The notes under the pieces are model-generated. The model ran no database searches. It saw only the letters and a program-made list of their open reading frames with translations, and was not told where the DNA came from. A program made the translations under genes and the position numbers. 64,000 nt of DNA from Candidatus Hodarchaeum mangrovi. Its GTDB lineage: Archaea > Asgardarchaeota > Heimdallarchaeia > Hodarchaeales > Hodarchaeaceae. Shown here piece by piece: positions 9,683 through 19,554 of this stretch; the stretch's first letter is position 1; each line of letters opens with the position of its first letter. The stretch spans positions 28,014-92,013 of the forward strand of contig JAEOUE010000127.1 of assembly GCA_016839515.1 (NCBI GenBank), in the 5' to 3' direction.

Positions 9683-10714
9683 ATGTGGAAAAAAATGGCA
9701 AAAGCACAGACAATAATAGATGAAGAAGTCTTAGATGAAATTGAAGAACCAAAGAAAAGGAAAAAGACTAAAGAAGTAACGAATGAGACATTAACTTTCT
9801 TAGAATCTCTAAATGGAATTGGGCCAACAACTCGAAAGCGTCTTGAAGATGCAGGTTTTGGATCCAAAGAATCGATCGCACTAGCTACTAGAGCGCAATT
9901 GACTGAGATTTCGGGGATTGCAGAGAAAACTGCAACTTTACTAATTCGAGAAGCTCGTGCTCAATTTGATCTTGGTCTAAAGAAAGGAATTAGTTATCAA
10001 GAAGCAGCAAAAAAACGAATCAAATTACAATCGGGTTCATCTGTGTTTGATGAATTATTAGGCGGAGGATTTGAGTCTGGATCTATAACAGAATTAGCAG
10101 GGGAAAATGGTTGTGGAAAGACTCAAATTGTTCATCAGTTAGCAGTCAATTGCATTAATCAACTCAAAAAAGATGTAGTATGGATAGATACAGAAGGAAC
10201 ATTCCGTTTTAATCGTATTAAAGAGATGGCAGAGGATTTGGGACTAGATCATGAACATGTTTTAGAACGAATAACGATTGGACGAGCATATAATTCTGAA
10301 CATCAAATGGCGCTTACTGAAGAAGCCATTACTATGACCCCGAATATTGGTTTGGTAATTGTAGACAGTTTAATGTCAAACTTCAGGAATGAATTCGCTG
10401 GAAGAGGAACATTAGCAGAACGTCAACAATTAATTGGGAAACACCTCGCATTTATCACAAAACAAGCTGAAATAATGAACTTTGTAGCTGTTGTTACTAA
10501 TCAAGTTGCAGCTAAACCGGATGCTATGTTCTTTGGTGACCCCAATAGACCTGTCGGAGGCAATGTTGTTGGTCATACAGTTACAACAAGGATAATGATC
10601 CGTAAAGGGAAGGGGGAAAAGCGAACAGCAACTTTAACTAAAAATCCTGAATTACCAGATGGGAAAATTGAATTCGCAGTCATTGCTGAAGGCATCAGAG
10701 ATTATAAAGGATAA
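9683..10714 (+). CDS. radA: RadA/Rad51 recombinase (start possibly 9695)
   Basis: N-terminal HhH (LNGIGP, ISGIAE), Walker A GENGCGKT, IDTEGTF, Walker B VIVDS, L1 FAGRGTLAERQQ, TNQV, L2 PVGGNVVGH. Confidence 0.95.
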   Translation: MWKKMAKAQTIIDEEVLDEIEEPKKRKKTKEVTNETLTFLESLNGIGPTTRKRLEDAGFGSKESIALATRAQLTEISGIAEKTATLLIREARAQFDLGLKKGISYQEAAKKRIKLQSGSSVFDELLGGGFESGSITELAGENGCGKTQIVHQLAVNCINQLKKDVVWIDTEGTFRFNRIKEMAEDLGLDHEHVLERITIGRAYNSEHQMALTEEAITMTPNIGLVIVDSLMSNFRNEFAGRGTLAERQQLIGKHLAFITKQAEIMNFVAVVTNQVAAKPDAMFFGDPNRPVGGNVVGHTVTTRIMIRKGKGEKRTATLTKNPELPDGKIEFAVIAEGIRDYKG

Positions 10715-13304
10715 TTTGGAATGTGGAATGCGATCTATACAACTAGTAACAAAGATTTTAGAGGATAACTCTACCCTTTTACAAGTTGAAGTTCCTGATT
10801 CAATTGAGAAGTCTTTTATAGCTCCACAAGCTAATTTAATTTCTATTATTGCCATCCAACCCTCTGTTGACTTTAATGACGCATCAAATCATCTACTCTA
10901 TATATCGAGTCTTTCAGGGGTAGAAGTAATTCGACAAGTCTTTCCTATCTTAACAAAAAAACAGAAAGAAAATGGATTGAATGGATTAATGTTACTAGTA
11001 AAGATAAAAAAACCATTTACCATTCATTCAGATAAAGCACTTCATTATTTTATAAAAAAAGCCCGCAAAGACTTCCTACGCAATAGATCTACCACATTTT
11101 CACTCTTAGAAGCATCAGGTTACAAAGCTACTCTCATAACAGGAAAAAATTTGATAGAGGTTCACTATCATGGGAAAAGAATAGCTAAAGGGGTAACAGT
11201 ATTTCAAGGACATAAAGGATTTCATTCGAAATTGATTGAACCCTTTCTAAAATTGGATCGTGTGCCCTCACGGTTTATTCAAGATTATCCAGTTCAGGAT
11301 CTTCCAGTTCATCATGCCATTGGAACAAGAATCGATAATGATACTATCCCCGTGGGCTTTCCAAGATTATCAAGAGGTTCAATTTTGATAAATGGTTCTT
11401 CAAATACCGAGTTAATCCTTGTTCTTCAACAATTAATCTTTTCATTATCTCAGGATCGTTTATTAGGTCAAATTTTTGTCATTGACACTAAGAATGAACT
11501 TAATGGATTGATTAACCATATTCAAGGTACACCAAACAAACCAAAACGATTACAGATTTTTAGTTTAGGTACAAATTTTTATTTAAATTTATGTGACGTA
11601 ATTATTCCTATAGGACCCCATGAAAAGATTTCACAAGATAAAGCTGTTGGAAAAGCATGGAAAGCTCACTTGATATCGCAATTTATTCTCTCTTCATTAG
11701 ATACATCCGAGTACTTAATTTCTCGATACTCTGTACCGCTTGAATCTCAAATCCGTAAATCAGCAAACCAAACAACTTTTACACTCAATGAAGTAAAACT
11801 TTCATTTACCAATGATAGTAATAATGAAGCAACAGAAACCATTTATACTGATATGATGTCAATTGAGGCTTTAGAGGGGATATTAGAACAATTTAGATCC
11901 TTTAAAGAGATTAATTATAGTTTTTTTAAAGATCACTACCAAAAAAAATTAACTACCTCAAAAACAATCTCGTTTTTCCAATTTGGTAGTCAACCTCAGT
12001 TAATAAAAAGAGCTACTATTTTTTTCTTACTAGATTTCCTATCAAAGACATTAGAAAACTCATGTATTGTATTAACTCACGCAGATGAATTTCTGAGTCG
12101 TCGAACATCCTATCAGCGATCACGTGAGATAGTAACATCTAACTTAATGAGAGCATGTGAAGAGATTATTTCAAAAAATATTTTGTTAATCTCGAGTTCA
12201 AGTCTCCAATCAATTAGCAGTTCCTTGGACTCATTTGAGGAGATAAATAATTTAGTCTACTTACGAATGATAAATTCACAAGATCGAGAAATGCTTATGA
12301 AAAATCATCAGTTTCTCTTCAGGACATCAACATCCATAAACACTCAACAACAATGGCTAGGGGTTATGGAAGGGGAAGGATTATTATTTCGGTTCGATGC
12401 TCCTCAAAATAACGCGTATCATTTTAAGTTACAAAGTGATATTCCTATTAACACATCACCATTTAAAATTAATCCAATTAAGCCCTGGGGATCATCAACG
12501 CTTGGTCTGCCTTCAACAAAATTCGAAAGTCTAATGAATTTATTAAATGCATTAATTCAAAGTCCGATGCCTCAAAGCCAAGTATTGAACTATCTAGGAA
12601 ATTTAGGGGATCCCGAAGATGTATTAAAAACCTTTCAGGATAATGGTCTCTTTTCACGTAATTATCAAACTGGAAATCAGTTCCTTGCTATCTCAAATTA
12701 TGGTCATGATTATTACAATGAACAATTAACTAAAATTGCAGAACTTCCTCCTCCTTTATCACAGAATGACATCCTTTCAGTTTCGCAAATGTTTAAACAG
12801 TTAGAAAATGAATATAATTTTCTGGAATCAGCTGCTAAAACAGAGAAGACATTGTTTAAACTTAAAGAACTAAATATAAAGGTAAAAAACCTTATTGGGA
12901 GTACCCTAAACTACTTAAGATGCCTTAAACAGCAAGCAATTCCATGGAGAAGCTTTGCAGATTACACTGACTTATGTACAATTACTGGGATTGAATATAT
13001 GGACTTTCAGAGTCTTTTTGAGTTAGCAAACACCATTCTCAATAATCTGATGGTACAAATTGACAGAGAAAGGAAAAAGCTCACGGAAATAGAAATTAAA
13101 GAATCTCTAAGAACCTCTTCTCTTCAATTTCCAATGAGAAGCTTGGCAGATCATCTACCTTCAAATGAATTTATACATCTAAAAAATATCTCTAAAGAAT
13201 TGAATTTGCCTGAGTACCCTACAACCGGTATTCTAGATATTTTCTATGAATTACATTTACAAAATCGATCATTATTTGATGAAGTAGAGAAGAAGGGATA
13301 TTAA
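10659..13304 (+). CDS. Degenerate HerA/FtsK/VirB4-like ATPase-fold protein with probable C-terminal wHTH and helical region
   Basis: ILINGSSNT at the Walker A position, IFVIDTKNE (HerA-like), CIVLTHADEF at the Walker B position, GEGLL motif. True start may lie downstream of the radA stop. Confidence 0.55.
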   Translation: MGKLNSQSLLKASEIIKDNLECGMRSIQLVTKILEDNSTLLQVEVPDSIEKSFIAPQANLISIIAIQPSVDFNDASNHLLYISSLSGVEVIRQVFPILTKKQKENGLNGLMLLVKIKKPFTIHSDKALHYFIKKARKDFLRNRSTTFSLLEASGYKATLITGKNLIEVHYHGKRIAKGVTVFQGHKGFHSKLIEPFLKLDRVPSRFIQDYPVQDLPVHHAIGTRIDNDTIPVGFPRLSRGSILINGSSNTELILVLQQLIFSLSQDRLLGQIFVIDTKNELNGLINHIQGTPNKPKRLQIFSLGTNFYLNLCDVIIPIGPHEKISQDKAVGKAWKAHLISQFILSSLDTSEYLISRYSVPLESQIRKSANQTTFTLNEVKLSFTNDSNNEATETIYTDMMSIEALEGILEQFRSFKEINYSFFKDHYQKKLTTSKTISFFQFGSQPQLIKRATIFFLLDFLSKTLENSCIVLTHADEFLSRRTSYQRSREIVTSNLMRACEEIISKNILLISSSSLQSISSSLDSFEEINNLVYLRMINSQDREMLMKNHQFLFRTSTSINTQQQWLGVMEGEGLLFRFDAPQNNAYHFKLQSDIPINTSPFKINPIKPWGSSTLGLPSTKFESLMNLLNALIQSPMPQSQVLNYLGNLGDPEDVLKTFQDNGLFSRNYQTGNQFLAISNYGHDYYNEQLTKIAELPPPLSQNDILSVSQMFKQLENEYNFLESAAKTEKTLFKLKELNIKVKNLIGSTLNYLRCLKQQAIPWRSFADYTDLCTITGIEYMDFQSLFELANTILNNLMVQIDRERKKLTEIEIKESLRTSSLQFPMRSLADHLPSNEFIHLKNISKELNLPEYPTTGILDIFYELHLQNRSLFDEVEKKGY

Positions 13305-15058
13305 TGGTATTAAAAGAGAGTATTTTACCCCCTTCTCTGCAATTGTTTCCTTATCAATCATTAAGAAATTACCAATCACAATTCCTTCGATTTGTAGAAA
13401 ACAATCAAAAAGTAATAATTCATGCACCAGTGGGATTTGGAAAGACTATTATGGCTTTAATTTCAAGTCTTCCCCTAGTGAAGCAAGAAAATTATCAATT
13501 AATCATATTTGTCAGAACAAAAGCCCAGGTCTTTCGTGTTTTCTTAAATGAGATTTATAAAATTGCCAATTCACGGAAATATGGTTATTTAACTGCAGTT
13601 CCTCTAATCTTAAAATCGGATCTATGCCTAAAAATTGAAGAAATTCCTCAATTCCATAAAGGGATCTGTTCATCCATTCGTTGTCCACATCTTGAGCAAG
13701 CACGTTCAATTCCTGAAGAAGATTTACCAACAATAGTTGAACAAGTGACTATAACATCCCATGAAAATGATAAAATTTCTATTGAAACTTTTCAAAATGC
13801 TTTTCGTGAATTTGGTTGTCCTTATTATGTGATTAAAAGATGTATTCCTTATGCAAATATTATTGTAACTACTCAGACTTATATCCGATCTAAAAACCTT
13901 CAACCAATGTTTTCTGAGTTGTTAAATAAAAGTACATTCTCTGCTAAAATAGCAATTATAGATGAGGGTCATAATTTTTCTGCTGATATTGAAGCTGAAA
14001 TTTCACTAAGTGATCTTCAACGAGCTTCTTCAATTATACCACTGAAGATTTTCGATACTCTTCAAGATCTAATATATTTTCATAAAGGAATGGTTGAAAG
14101 ACCATTCGGATTGTCTGTTGCAGCAATCGATGCTTTTCTTGAACATGAAAAAAAAATAACTCTAATAGAAAAGACCCAACTATTAAAAATAAAAGAATTT
14201 ATCCAATCTCGAGGAGATATATGGATTTCTGAAGAATCCAAGATAATACAATTAAACCCTTTTCCCCAATCAGTATTTGAGTTTATTAACCCTTTTTTCC
14301 AACGAATAATCCTTATGTCAGGGACCTTCCAACCAATCAAATCCTATAAACTATTATATGGAATCAATCATTATGCAAATTTATCTATTCCCTCTGATTT
14401 TCAATTTAGTTTTAATAGCATAATGTACAACAGACGATTCACCTCAAGATTTACTCAACGTTCCGCTAAAACATACGAAAATATGGTAAATGTTATTCAA
14501 AGGCTACATGAATCAAATCCATTTCATACAATAGTGTTTACAACCTCACATGAATTCAAACATAAATTAATTACTCATCTTCAACTCCCTAATTATTATG
14601 TAGAAAAGATTGATTCACCACCCCATTTCTTAGATGAACTATCAGATAAAAAACACGAATTAATACTTGGAGTGCTTGGCGGACGCTTATCTGAAGGAGT
14701 AGAAATTCTGAATCACGACAATCGAAGTCTATTAACTTTAATTATCATAGCAGGGATGCCCTATCCACGTCCTGATGCTACAAATAAATTACTACGTAAC
14801 CTTTATACAAGAAAATGGGGAATTAAAATGGCGCAACACATTACTACACTACCATTGACACGGACTATATCACAAGCAATTGGTCGAGGGATCCGTTCTG
14901 AATCAGATTTTGCTGCTAGTTTAATTCTTGATTATAGAGCAATTCGTCTCCGTCCTATGCTCCCACCAACTAAGATTTTCAAGGATCTTTCTTCCTTGTA
15001 CAATGCCTATGATCTTTTTTATGCTAAAATGCGCAAAATTTTCTCACTAAAGGATTAA
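13304..15058 (+). CDS. xpd: XPD/Rad3/DinG-family Fe-S helicase
   Basis: Q motif, APVGFGKT, Fe-S Cys (DLC, CSSIRC, GCPYY), DEGH, SGT, SEGV, GMPYP, QAIGRGIR. Confidence 0.9.
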   Translation: MVLKESILPPSLQLFPYQSLRNYQSQFLRFVENNQKVIIHAPVGFGKTIMALISSLPLVKQENYQLIIFVRTKAQVFRVFLNEIYKIANSRKYGYLTAVPLILKSDLCLKIEEIPQFHKGICSSIRCPHLEQARSIPEEDLPTIVEQVTITSHENDKISIETFQNAFREFGCPYYVIKRCIPYANIIVTTQTYIRSKNLQPMFSELLNKSTFSAKIAIIDEGHNFSADIEAEISLSDLQRASSIIPLKIFDTLQDLIYFHKGMVERPFGLSVAAIDAFLEHEKKITLIEKTQLLKIKEFIQSRGDIWISEESKIIQLNPFPQSVFEFINPFFQRIILMSGTFQPIKSYKLLYGINHYANLSIPSDFQFSFNSIMYNRRFTSRFTQRSAKTYENMVNVIQRLHESNPFHTIVFTTSHEFKHKLITHLQLPNYYVEKIDSPPHFLDELSDKKHELILGVLGGRLSEGVEILNHDNRSLLTLIIIAGMPYPRPDATNKLLRNLYTRKWGIKMAQHITTLPLTRTISQAIGRGIRSESDFAASLILDYRAIRLRPMLPPTKIFKDLSSLYNAYDLFYAKMRKIFSLKD

Positions 15059-15064
15059 TATTAA

Positions 15065-16909
15065 TTAATGTTTTAATAATATCTTAAGAACTGGAAGAAT
15101 TTCATCTATTGTCATGATAGGAATACTGCAAAGATTGAATTTCCCAATAAGATTAAATAGAGTATATCGGACATCTAAACTATAATCTTTTAATACGCTT
15201 GGAATATATAAGACCTTAATCTCTTTATATTTTTCTTTTAAATCATTAAGAATATTAGAGGCTTCAGGTAATATTGAACTGATTGTTTCGGAGGTCAGAA
15301 TAAGAATAAAATCTTTTTTTTTGGTAATCAATCCTGGATACTTAGTCTTGTCTGATTTTACAATATTATAATTTTCTGAAAGGATATAGGGAATTTTTGA
15401 TTCATATAAAATTGGTGATAATCTTAATTCTATTTGATCGGATTTTTGTTCTTTTCCCATGATTTGAGACTTTAGTCTTTTATTCAAGATTTCAGGGTCA
15501 AAATTAGATTTATTCTTATTTTGAATAGAAAAAAACCGCTTTTGTTCATTTGTTCCTTTTCCAATTAAGAAAAATCGTGGAATCTCAACATTTAATGTAT
15601 TTAATGTTTCTATTGTGTTAGTTGCGACATCAAAGGCAATAATAATAAGGGAATGTGATGCTAAATAGTTATTAGCAGTATTTGCTATACATATAGTTAC
15701 TTTTCTTTCTGTAAAGGGTAATAAGTACCGTTTCAAATCTATTTCATTAAACGAGCTTATTGGATGTTCAACATATAGAACTCGTAATCCGATTTCTTGA
15801 AAAGTCTTCTGAAGAAATCTTGCATTGTAATAATTATGTGTTAAAACTAAAATACCCTCAGAATATTGGGAAATTAGTTTAAATAACACTTGGATCTTAG
15901 GATGGGGAATCTCCCTGTTTAAATGGATATATTCTCTCAATTTTTGAATTTTTAGATCATTTAAAAACACTGAAATCGCTTTTTGACCTAATTGATCATC
16001 TATTTGCTTTGACTTCAAACGAGATTCTAAATTATCAAAATAGTCTATAACACCTTTAAAACCCTGAGAGATTACCAAGTGTAGTAATGAATAGATTCGA
16101 TAGAGATTTCCTGTTTGAATCATTATTTTTGTATTTCCTTCCCTCTTTAAACTTTCATGAATAGCTTTAACTTGTCTAATAGGGGCTTTTAAAGTAAGAT
16201 TAATCCCACTATACTTAAGATGGTCTATCTCGAATTCCCTGAGCTGATTAAGCAGATCTAATATGAAAAAATACTCTTTCGGATAAGGAATGTAATAGGG
16301 GTGAATATTTACCTTTGATTCTCCAGTTTCATTCTGAAGTCTTTTTACTTCTTGTAACCCCAAAGCATTACACACTTGGAAAAGTCGCTCATAATTGTTA
16401 ATTCGGGTACACCCAATAAGTCGAGATTTTGATAATTTTTTAGTTATATAACGTATAGAACTTGAACCAACACATCTTTCTGCAGACAAAATAAAGATAA
16501 GGGTAAATTTATCACAATTTTCTAGATTTTTTTCTTTTAAATCATTTTTCAATGTTTTAGGAGTTGTTAATATTATCGAATAATTTTGATAATCTTTTTT
16601 ACGAGCATTTGGTAAAATTGATCCGTTCACTGCTGTAATACGATGGTCAATTAAGCCAGAAGTTTTCAATCCATTTAGGATATAATTCTGAAAATTAGGT
16701 TTTAGGATAACTAATATCTTTTGATTTTGCTTGTTTTTCTGTTTTAACATAAAAAGAGATACTAAGCTCATCATTCGTAACAAATTAGAATTTTCGCGAT
16801 AAATAACTAATATATTATGGTCAAGAAGACTTGGTAAGAGTAATTGCTCTTCAAGTGAAGGAATAAATCCTAGATTATTTATCAAATTCACGCTTTCATC
16901 CATACTCAT
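15065..16909 (-). CDS. Hef/FANCM/XPF-like protein with inactivated SF2 helicase
   Basis: TTPKTLKNDL (motif Ib) and HPKIQVL are Hef-like; Walker A reads NILVIYREN and the DEAH position reads SAERC; possible degenerate ERCC4-like C-terminal domain. Confidence 0.7.
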   Translation of the reverse strand: MSMDESVNLINNLGFIPSLEEQLLLPSLLDHNILVIYRENSNLLRMMSLVSLFMLKQKNKQNQKILVILKPNFQNYILNGLKTSGLIDHRITAVNGSILPNARKKDYQNYSIILTTPKTLKNDLKEKNLENCDKFTLIFILSAERCVGSSSIRYITKKLSKSRLIGCTRINNYERLFQVCNALGLQEVKRLQNETGESKVNIHPYYIPYPKEYFFILDLLNQLREFEIDHLKYSGINLTLKAPIRQVKAIHESLKREGNTKIMIQTGNLYRIYSLLHLVISQGFKGVIDYFDNLESRLKSKQIDDQLGQKAISVFLNDLKIQKLREYIHLNREIPHPKIQVLFKLISQYSEGILVLTHNYYNARFLQKTFQEIGLRVLYVEHPISSFNEIDLKRYLLPFTERKVTICIANTANNYLASHSLIIIAFDVATNTIETLNTLNVEIPRFFLIGKGTNEQKRFFSIQNKNKSNFDPEILNKRLKSQIMGKEQKSDQIELRLSPILYESKIPYILSENYNIVKSDKTKYPGLITKKKDFILILTSETISSILPEASNILNDLKEKYKEIKVLYIPSVLKDYSLDVRYTLFNLIGKFNLCSIPIMTIDEILPVLKILLKH

Positions 16910-17192
16910 GCTTTGACTCTTCCCTGGTTTTTAACCTGTTATCAATTGGTCTATTAAGAAACTGGTGAAAGTCTTCTATTTCAGATGACTGGTCTAGATT
17001 TTTAATACAGCTTTTATGTGCACTACAGGTGATTACTTTAGCATTTCTGATGACTAAATCGGGAACCCGACGATTTAACAGAAAATAACATACGCCCCCT
17101 ACTCCATAATTACCAAACTCACAAATTAAACACAATGGTGAATTAAGAAAGATTTCATCAATATATGGTTGAAGATGTAATTGATAGGTCAT
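16896..17192 (-). CDS. Small Cys-rich, possibly metal-binding protein
   Basis: CLIC, GVC, CSAH..C; GGTGAG RBS upstream; overlaps the start of the Hef-like gene. Confidence 0.65.
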   Translation of the reverse strand: MTYQLHLQPYIDEIFLNSPLCLICEFGNYGVGGVCYFLLNRRVPDLVIRNAKVITCSAHKSCIKNLDQSSEIEDFHQFLNRPIDNRLKTREESKHEYG

Positions 17193-17200
17193 GAACTCTC

Positions 17201-17222
17201 ACCTAGATTTTTTCATCTAGGT
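17201..17222. promoter_or_regulatory. Perfect 8-bp inverted repeat in a divergent promoter region
   Basis: ACCTAGAT-N6-ATCTAGGT, overlapping the RBS of 16896..17192. Confidence 0.45.
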
Positions 17223-17303
17223 ATAGAACTTCTAGTTAATATATCAAAAATCAAAATTATTATTATTTAAGCTAATTTTCCAATACTAACTTGGAGAACT
17301 TAA

Positions 17304-17825
17304 ATGTTAACTGAAACTTATCTGATAAAAGTTCTTGACACAATTCTAAAGGAACAGGTGGAATTTCTTTCTTTTCCAGAGCTGCAGATTACCTCAAAGA
17401 ACCTTGATTTAAAGAAAATTGTTGAAAAAGATCAAATCCGAATTGATCTAGCAGCATTAAATAATTTTGATGGATCTATCTATTTCTTTGAAGCAGAGAC
17501 TACACTTTATAGTTTTCATCCAATATCCTATCGACATTTTTGTGACTTTTGTTATCTAGTTTGTCCAGCAGAAAGCTTTGACCTCCTTGATTCTGAATCA
17601 AAACAGCAGCAAATTAACTGGGCAGATGAAATGGGTGTAGGAATCATCACAATAACCTCAGATCGGAATGTTAACATCCGATTACGAGCGAAACGTCAAG
17701 AATTAACACCAGTGATTCGAAAAGAAGTTATAAGAATGATGGATCAACGCACTCGTATTAATTTTTCAACAATTCCTCTGTGGGAGAGAACTTTTGCCAA
17801 AAATTCTGAAGGAATGGGAGAGTAG
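17304..17825 (+). CDS. MmcB-like PD-(D/E)XK-fold protein
   Basis: FPE...RIDLAAL...FFEAE, YRHFCDFCYLVCP, GVGII; Glu where Lys is expected. Confidence 0.6.
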   Translation: MLTETYLIKVLDTILKEQVEFLSFPELQITSKNLDLKKIVEKDQIRIDLAALNNFDGSIYFFEAETTLYSFHPISYRHFCDFCYLVCPAESFDLLDSESKQQQINWADEMGVGIITITSDRNVNIRLRAKRQELTPVIRKEVIRMMDQRTRINFSTIPLWERTFAKNSEGMGE

Positions 17826-17848
17826 AAAGTACGCCACGAAAAGCCAAG

Positions 17849-18319
17849 ATGTCGGTTGGAAACACAACTGATAGAAAAAAAGCAGATTTATTCAATTCTA
17901 TTGAAGATTTAATTAAAAAAGGGTATATCCAAGATGCTATCGACCATCTCGAATATCTTTATCGAACAACACCATCTATCAAACAAACTATCCTTCTGAA
18001 ATTCGCAAAGCTTTATACTCAAATCGCACAACCTGAAAAAGCACTTCTATATCTTCAGAAAATAATTCCCACTTCTGATTTACAGACAAATGAATTAATA
18101 TTTGAAAATTTAATCAAACTCGACAAGGAACGTCAAGCAATAATGTTTATCGCACGATCAGACCTTTCTATAAACCAAAAAACCATTCTCCTTAAAAATA
18201 ATGGTCTTTTAAAAGAGCCTTCAGTCTTAATACAACCCGTAATCCTTCAATGTTTGAAATGTAATTCCTTCCTGTTCTTCTTGAACAATAAATTAACCTG
18301 TCTAACCTGTAGATGCTAG
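17849..18319 (+). CDS. TPR-like protein with C-terminal zinc ribbon
   Basis: TPR-like helices; CLKC...CLTC at the C-terminus. Confidence 0.7.
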   Translation: MSVGNTTDRKKADLFNSIEDLIKKGYIQDAIDHLEYLYRTTPSIKQTILLKFAKLYTQIAQPEKALLYLQKIIPTSDLQTNELIFENLIKLDKERQAIMFIARSDLSINQKTILLKNNGLLKEPSVLIQPVILQCLKCNSFLFFLNNKLTCLTCRC

Positions 18320-18337
18320 CTTCCCTCAAATACTCCA

Positions 18338-19513
18338 TTAATAGTTCTCATTAATTATTGATTTTTCTTTTTGGATCATTTCACAGAGGTTTTCATCTTT
18401 TTTTTTGCTAATCTCTTCTATTAACCTATTAATAAAACTTTCATCAAATTTCTCATCTTTTTCATCCGATGATTTTAAATACTGAACTTTAGAAAAATCA
18501 ATTACAACATTCGGTTCAGACGCAGTAGATGATTCACCTGATAGGTTAGAGGGAGCCTGTTTGGCAATAAGATCTTCAGAAAGAATTGAGGTTGTTAGAG
18601 GCAGGGGTAGGTTCCCCTCTTTCTCTAAATAAGTATTAAAATATGTATTATTATGATTTTTAATATTTTGTACTTCTTCAATTGGGATGTTTACCTCTGG
18701 ATCAATCAATCCAGAATTAGCTTTCTCATTAGATTGATTTAGATCTTCTAATATGAATTCTTCCTCTGAATCAGGAAAAAGGTCAAAATTTTTTTCAATT
18801 TCAGATTTATTATCTTTAGTGTTAAAATTATCAGTTTCAGAGTCTAAAATTTTATTATTTGTGATATTGGGCTCATTTGGAATTATAATTTCATGAGGGG
18901 ATTTTGGGGGAGAAGGTGGATCCTGATTATCAATTGCTAAAATACGTGAATTAAATTTGAATTCTGATAATCCTGATTTAGATACGGCTGAAATCACTAA
19001 TCCAGGGATAACTTTTAGTAGAGTTGTCTTAAAATCTTCAAGACGTTCTTTTAGGGATAGATGAAATTCACCTAATTGTCTAGGATTTTTTATTAATTGC
19101 AGATAATTCAGATTAGGAAAATCAAGTGTCAGGTTAAAAATTGTTTTAAACGCGTCCTCTGAAACTCGGAATTCAAAGTTCGTAAGATTTTTTACTACAG
19201 ATAGTCGAAAATTCTGCGGTTTTGCATCTACTTGAAAATCTATTATTACTGTTGTTCGGTTCTCTTTAAAAGAATAGATTATCATAGCTCCTGGAATTTC
19301 TTCAGGATAGAAAATTTTTTCACTCATTTCAAGATTAGAAAAAGAAAAAAACTGATGTTGCTGTTTTAACTCAATTTCCTCTAATATAAGCCCTATAAAG
19401 TACGCTACACCTCCTGTTAAAAAGACAATTATAATTCCAGTTTCACTAGATAAATAAATGACTACTCCGAAGAGAAATCCAATTATTGTAGTTAATGTAC
19501 TTCGACAGATCAT
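18338..19513 (-). CDS. Membrane-anchored protein (2 N-terminal TMs, alpha/beta domain, acidic disordered tail)
   Basis: Hydrophobic N-terminal hairpin; PPSPP linker; D/E/N/S-rich C-terminal half. Confidence 0.7.
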   Translation of the reverse strand: MICRSTLTTIIGFLFGVVIYLSSETGIIIVFLTGGVAYFIGLILEEIELKQQHQFFSFSNLEMSEKIFYPEEIPGAMIIYSFKENRTTVIIDFQVDAKPQNFRLSVVKNLTNFEFRVSEDAFKTIFNLTLDFPNLNYLQLIKNPRQLGEFHLSLKERLEDFKTTLLKVIPGLVISAVSKSGLSEFKFNSRILAIDNQDPPSPPKSPHEIIIPNEPNITNNKILDSETDNFNTKDNKSEIEKNFDLFPDSEEEFILEDLNQSNEKANSGLIDPEVNIPIEEVQNIKNHNNTYFNTYLEKEGNLPLPLTTSILSEDLIAKQAPSNLSGESSTASEPNVVIDFSKVQYLKSSDEKDEKFDESFINRLIEEISKKKDENLCEMIQKEKSIINENY

Positions 19514-19554
19514 CTCAAATAATATTGATCTTTTTCCTTATATATTCAGAAAAA

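Noticed and set aside
9746-9770. PKKRKK in RadA as a nuclear localisation signal
   Set aside because: Short basic runs arise easily in AT-rich genomes, and archaea have no known nuclear import; noted only as part of the extension.
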